Source of the DNA: Nitrospirota bacterium
GTDB taxonomy: Bacteria > Nitrospirota > UBA9217
DNA: 64,000 nt
Assembly (NCBI GenBank): GCA_963790205.1
Contig: CAWBNQ010000001.1
Span: forward strand, 768,001 to 832,000
Direction of reading: 5' to 3'
Of this stretch, positions 59,454 to 64,000 are shown piece by piece. Position 1 is the stretch's first letter. Every line of letters starts with the position of its first letter. A program made the position numbers and the translations under genes. Below the pieces are notes generated by a model. That model saw nothing but the letters and a program-made list of their open reading frames with translations, searched no databases and was not told the origin of the DNA.

Positions 59454-62400
59454 ATGGCCATCGACAAGAATGCTGTTATCAAGGAAGCCCAGAAGTTCGC
59501 CGCCAAAGGCCAGTTCGATAAAGCCATTGCCGAGTGGAAAAAGCTCGTCAAAGAGTCTCCGAATGATGCCAATATTTTCAACACGATCGGCGACCTGTGT
59601 CTTAAAAAAGAAGCAAAAGCGGACGCGGTCGACGCCTATAAGAAGGCCGCGGACATCCTCGCTGCCGACGGGTTCACCTCCAAGGCCATCGCGCTTTACA
59701 AAAAAGTCCTCAATATAGACCCCAAAAAGATCGAAGCCCACCTTGCCCTCGCCGACCTGAACGCGGAGAAGGGCCTCACCGGAAACGCGCTTGAAAGTTA
59801 CAAGCTCGTTGCTGACCATTATAAACAGCGCCAGGAGATGTCCAAGGCCCTCGGCATCTACCAGAAGATGGCCGACCTGAACCCCTCGAACAGCGCCTTC
59901 AGGATCAAACTCGCGGACATGTACGCGAAGGAGGGCATGAAGAAGGAAGCGGTCAAGGCGTACCTCGAAGTTGCCGACGTGTACATGTCCAAAGAAGCGT
60001 TCCAGGACGCCCGGCAGATATTTGAAAAGGCCCTTGCCCTTGACCCGAACAGCAAGCAAGTCTACCACAAGGCAGGCATCATCTATTATAAGGAAGGCAA
60101 ATATGTAGAGGCCTGTAAAGCGCTCAAGCCTGCTGTTGAGAGCGACCCGTCAAATAAAGAACTTATCGACATGTATCTTGATGCGCTCGCGAAAGCCGGC
60201 CGTGATGCCGAGGCCGAGGAAATATATAAAAAGCTCCTGTCCGAGGACGCCACCAGGATCGACCTGCGCGAAAAACTGTTCCACCTCTACCTCGCGAGGA
60301 AGGAGCATGACAAGGCGCTTGCCGAAGCGAGGATCATAGCAGAAGAGCGGCTCAAAGGCAGGGAGGCTTCCGGTGAGAAGGGCTGCAAACTGCTGCCCGG
60401 CACAGGAGCGGTCGCGCCTGATGAGGGCACGAACGCCGCTCTGGAGGCCCTCAAGGGCCTTGTAGCTGAAAACCCCGGCTTTGTCGAGGCGCGGCGAACA
60501 TTGAGTGATTTCTATGCCAAGGTAGGCTGCGGACAGGATGCAGCCCGGGAACTCCTTCAGGCGGCGGAGATCCTTATCAACGAGGGCGACAAAGACGGCG
60601 CCAAGGGAGCGCTTGCCAGAGCAATCGAGCTCGCGCCCGATTTGACCGAAGCCAGGCAGCGACTCGAAAGCCTGCAGCCTCCGCCCGCAGCGCCTGGATT
60701 CGTGATCGCTGAGACGGTTGTGCCGCAACCGGCGCCACCTGTTATGCCGCCGGCCGTGCCGAGGGCCGAAGAAGACCCCGCCATTGCCGAGGCCTTCACT
60801 GAAGTGGATGTGCTCGTCAAGTACGGTCTTTCGGCCAAGGCACTGGAACAGCTCGAAGGCCTGGCGAAAAAGTTTCCCGAAAGCGTACCGGTCCGCATCA
60901 AACTGCGCGACCTCTACGGAGACCAGGGAAATGTGGGCAAGGCTGTGGCCCACATGCTCGTTCTTGCCGACCTCTATGCCAAGAGTGGTGTGCAGGACCA
61001 GGCCGAGTCTGTTTTGCAAACCGCGCTCGAGCTCGATCCCGACAATGCGGAGGTCCAGTCGCGGCTCGGCATGGCCCCGGCCCCGTCGGCGTCCGCACCG
61101 GCGCCGGCTGCGCCCGGGGAGTTTACCTTCGAGGAACCGCTCGCAGAAGCGCCGTTGCTTGATGAGGTATTGCCTCCTGCTGAAGCACAGTCTGCAGAGA
61201 TAACCACGGGATTTGAGGGGCTGGATATGACGCCTCCGGAACTAGGGGAAGAACTTGTTGTTCCCGGTCCTGCCGCACGCGACGAACCCGCGTTCGAAGC
61301 GCCTGCCGAAGAACCTCCCGCGTCCGGAGAGATCGCCTTCGAAGAGCCGTTCACGGTCCCCGACATTCCAACGGAGGGGCCGCAGCCGCCTTTGGAAGAG
61401 ATGACTGTTGCGGAGCCGCAGGAGCCGGCTCCGGGAGAACGGCTGAAACAGCCCCTCGGCCGGGAAACGGAGCGTCAAGCGTCCGCTCAAGAACCGCCGG
61501 CAAAAGAGGCGGATCTCAAGGAGATATGGGCCGAAGCCGAGTTCTACTACCAGCAGGGCCTGTTCGACGAGGCAAAGAAGCATTACGCAAAGATCATACA
61601 ATACGATCCGGGCGACAAACAGGCGATCGACCGTCTCACTGAGATATCCCGTGAAGCGGAGGAGACGCAGGAATTTTCAAAGCTCGCCGAAGCGGTCGAT
61701 GAGCTTGAAGGGTATGCACCGGCAAGCGGGACAGGTGAGTCCGGAGCAGTAATGGCCGCGAGCGAATCCGATGATGAAGCGGTCCGCATGCTGATGCAGG
61801 AAATAGCGCAGCTCAAGCAGCAAAGCGGAACACCGCCGGTCGAAGCCGCGGCCCCTCCGGCTCCCCCGAAGGCTCCTGTCGTTGACGAGAAAATGAACGT
61901 CACGGCAGTCCCCGGCAGGACGGACGCGCGGCAACAAGAACAACGCGCGGAAGAGGATTTCTTCGACCTCGGCGAGGAATTGCGCGAAAGCGGAACCCCG
62001 GCGCTCCCTCCGAAGCGAAAAGGACAGGAAGCGAAGCAGCCCGATGATTTCTTCGATCTCGCTTCGGAGCTCCGGGACGAGCTGAGCAGCGTCGCCGTTC
62101 CGCCGCCGTCATCCGCGTCCGCCGAAGAGCAGAGCCTGGACGATATCTTCGAGGAATTCAAAAAAGGCGTTGAGAAGCAGGCGGTCAAGGAAGACGTCGA
62201 TACCCACTATAACCTCGGTGTTGCCTATAAGGAGATGGGGCTCTTGGATGACGCGATCGCCGAGTTCGTTTTGACGCCGGAACAGGAGCCCAAGTTCGTT
62301 CAGAGCCGTTATATGCTCGGCCTGTGCTACATGGACAAGGGCGAGTATCAGAAGGCCATTGCCGAGATACAGAATGCATTGAAGTATTCAGAAAATTTCG

Positions 62401-62687
62401 GCGTCGACGTTCAAGAACGCATCGGCCTTTACTATGACCTCGGGCTCGCGTACCAGCTTGCGGGAGAGGCGGGCAGTGCACTGAGTGAGTTCCAGAAAGT
62501 TTACAATATTGACCCGGGATATCGGGATGCCGCCTCCAAGATAAAGGAGCTCCAGAAGGGAGACTTCATATCTCTTGAACAGCTGAAGGACGACATCGAA
62601 AAGGAGATTTCCTTCAAGTTCCTTGAGGAAGGCGAACGGATAGAACGCGAGGAAAAAATCCGGAAAAATGAAAAAGTCAGAAACTGA
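59454..62687 (+). CDS. Large multi-TPR protein with acidic Pro-rich linker (SgmX-like)
   Basis: N-terminal TPR array, Glu/Pro-rich linker, C-terminal DTHYNLGVAYKEMGL TPRs. Confidence 0.85.
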   Translation: MAIDKNAVIKEAQKFAAKGQFDKAIAEWKKLVKESPNDANIFNTIGDLCLKKEAKADAVDAYKKAADILAADGFTSKAIALYKKVLNIDPKKIEAHLALADLNAEKGLTGNALESYKLVADHYKQRQEMSKALGIYQKMADLNPSNSAFRIKLADMYAKEGMKKEAVKAYLEVADVYMSKEAFQDARQIFEKALALDPNSKQVYHKAGIIYYKEGKYVEACKALKPAVESDPSNKELIDMYLDALAKAGRDAEAEEIYKKLLSEDATRIDLREKLFHLYLARKEHDKALAEARIIAEERLKGREASGEKGCKLLPGTGAVAPDEGTNAALEALKGLVAENPGFVEARRTLSDFYAKVGCGQDAARELLQAAEILINEGDKDGAKGALARAIELAPDLTEARQRLESLQPPPAAPGFVIAETVVPQPAPPVMPPAVPRAEEDPAIAEAFTEVDVLVKYGLSAKALEQLEGLAKKFPESVPVRIKLRDLYGDQGNVGKAVAHMLVLADLYAKSGVQDQAESVLQTALELDPDNAEVQSRLGMAPAPSASAPAPAAPGEFTFEEPLAEAPLLDEVLPPAEAQSAEITTGFEGLDMTPPELGEELVVPGPAARDEPAFEAPAEEPPASGEIAFEEPFTVPDIPTEGPQPPLEEMTVAEPQEPAPGERLKQPLGRETERQASAQEPPAKEADLKEIWAEAEFYYQQGLFDEAKKHYAKIIQYDPGDKQAIDRLTEISREAEETQEFSKLAEAVDELEGYAPASGTGESGAVMAASESDDEAVRMLMQEIAQLKQQSGTPPVEAAAPPAPPKAPVVDEKMNVTAVPGRTDARQQEQRAEEDFFDLGEELRESGTPALPPKRKGQEAKQPDDFFDLASELRDELSSVAVPPPSSASAEEQSLDDIFEEFKKGVEKQAVKEDVDTHYNLGVAYKEMGLLDDAIAEFVLTPEQEPKFVQSRYMLGLCYMDKGEYQKAIAEIQNALKYSENFGVDVQERIGLYYDLGLAYQLAGEAGSALSEFQKVYNIDPGYRDAASKIKELQKGDFISLEQLKDDIEKEISFKFLEEGERIEREEKIRKNEKVRN

Positions 62688-62799
62688 CATGCCTAATTTT
62701 TAGGCTGCTGATTAAATATAAGGCAGTACTCTCTCCTCTTCTTACCATTAATCCACTGAAAGTTAATATTTTTTGTTCTAGCATTAAAATTGCTTCTAA

Positions 62800-63159
<360 letters not shown>

Positions 63160-63162
63160 AAT

Positions 63163-63239
63163 AAATTATGAATTCCGAAATCCGAAGCTCTAAATAATTT
63201 AGAATTTCGAAATTAGAAAAAATTAGAAATTAGGATTTG
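63163..63239. repeat. 7-nt-periodic imperfect inverted repeat between glnB and glnA
   Basis: aattccg-aaatccg-aagctct … tttagaa-tttcgaa-attagaa…attagga. Confidence 0.6.
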
Positions 63240-63262
63240 ATATTAAATTGAGGAGGAACCAA

Positions 63263-64000
63263 ATGACACCGAAAGATGCACTGAAGCTGGCAAAAGAGAA
63301 CAAGGCAATGATGGTCGACTTCAAATTCATGGATTTCCCGGGGTTGTGGCAGCACTTTTCCGTCCCGGTGGACGAACTGACCGAGGGCATCTTCGAGGAA
63401 GGCCTCGGTTTCGACGGATCGAGCATCCGCGGCTGGCAGTCTATCCATACCTCGGACATGCTCGTCGTGCCCGATGCCGAAACGGCGGTGATGGACCCCT
63501 TCACCAAGTATCCGACCATGTCGCTGATCTGCAACATCGTAGACCCGATCACGAAGGAGCGTTACTCCCGCGATCCGCGCTACATCGCACAGAAGGCCGA
63601 AGCGTACCTCAAGTCCACCGGCATCGGTGACACCTGCTACATGGGTCCCGAGCCGGAATTCTTCATTTTCGACGACGTCCGCTTTGACCAGAATTCCCAC
63701 GAAGGCTACTACCACATCGACAGCAGCGAAGGCATATGGAACAGCGGCCGCGTGGAAAACCCGAACCTCGGTTACAAACCGCGCCACAAGGAAGGCTACT
63801 TCCCGGTGCCGCCCATCGACTCCCAGGAGGACATCCGCTCCGAGATGGTAGAAGAGATGCAGAAGGTCGGCATCTACGTGGAGCGCCAGCACCATGAAGT
63901 GGCGACCGCGGGCCAGGCCGAGATCGATATCCGGTTCAGCAACCTGGTCAAGTGCGCCGACCAGGTCATGTTCTTCAAGTACATCATCAAGAACGTGGCC
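63263..64000 (+). CDS. glnA: Glutamine synthetase type I (3'-truncated by the window)
   Basis: GAGGAGG SD; GFDGSSI.G, SDM, RDPR, GPEPEFF, KEGYFP and HHEVATAGQAEI motifs. Confidence 0.97.
   Translation, partial: MTPKDALKLAKENKAMMVDFKFMDFPGLWQHFSVPVDELTEGIFEEGLGFDGSSIRGWQSIHTSDMLVVPDAETAVMDPFTKYPTMSLICNIVDPITKERYSRDPRYIAQKAEAYLKSTGIGDTCYMGPEPEFFIFDDVRFDQNSHEGYYHIDSSEGIWNSGRVENPNLGYKPRHKEGYFPVPPIDSQEDIRSEMVEEMQKVGIYVERQHHEVATAGQAEIDIRFSNLVKCADQVMFFKYIIKNVA

Noticed and set aside
60345..60435. Non-TPR-looking segment (GREASGEKGCKLLPGTGAVAPDEG) in the TPR protein
   Set aside because: Could be an inserted element, but no IR or periodicity is visible, so it is unsupported without an alignment.

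Overview
Bacterial chromosomal window of moderately high GC, probably from an anaerobic Nitrospirota/Desulfobacterota-like organism (inferred from gene content: RACo/ASKHA activator, Re-citrate-synthase-like enzyme, SgmX-like TPR protein, def-fmt-DUF116-rsmB-PASTA-rpe, glnB-glnA). It is mostly housekeeping and transport genes with several accessory elements. (1) A complete ~1.42 kb IS110/IS1111-type element (36367-37792). Its 3' non-coding end contains a readable bridge/seek-RNA-like target-binding loop whose two guide segments match this copy's own flanks, plus a donor-end match. The rebuilt empty site is a 9-nt-periodic extragenic repeat, and the rebuilt circle junction forms a sigma70 promoter. 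(2) An IS1182-type element with 16-bp IRs and a 4-bp TSD that interrupts a ~2,320-aa repeat adhesin. (3) A Cu/Zn homeostasis island with a duplicated DUF2946-like (His-rich, CxxC, C-terminal RAPP/HAPP) leader module in front of a Zn porin/ABC operon and an M23 peptidase. (4) A speD-speE-speA operon with a structured ~145-nt leader. (5) A decayed defence-like locus bracketed by two type IIG restriction-modification C-terminal remnants, next to a four-helix-bundle gene. (6) Dispersed 7-nt and 9-nt periodic repeat elements, one set inserted in frame in a P-type ATPase. Four gene-splitting frameshifts are single-base extensions of short homopolymers and are probably sequencing errors. All family calls are by motif recognition only; no database searches were run.
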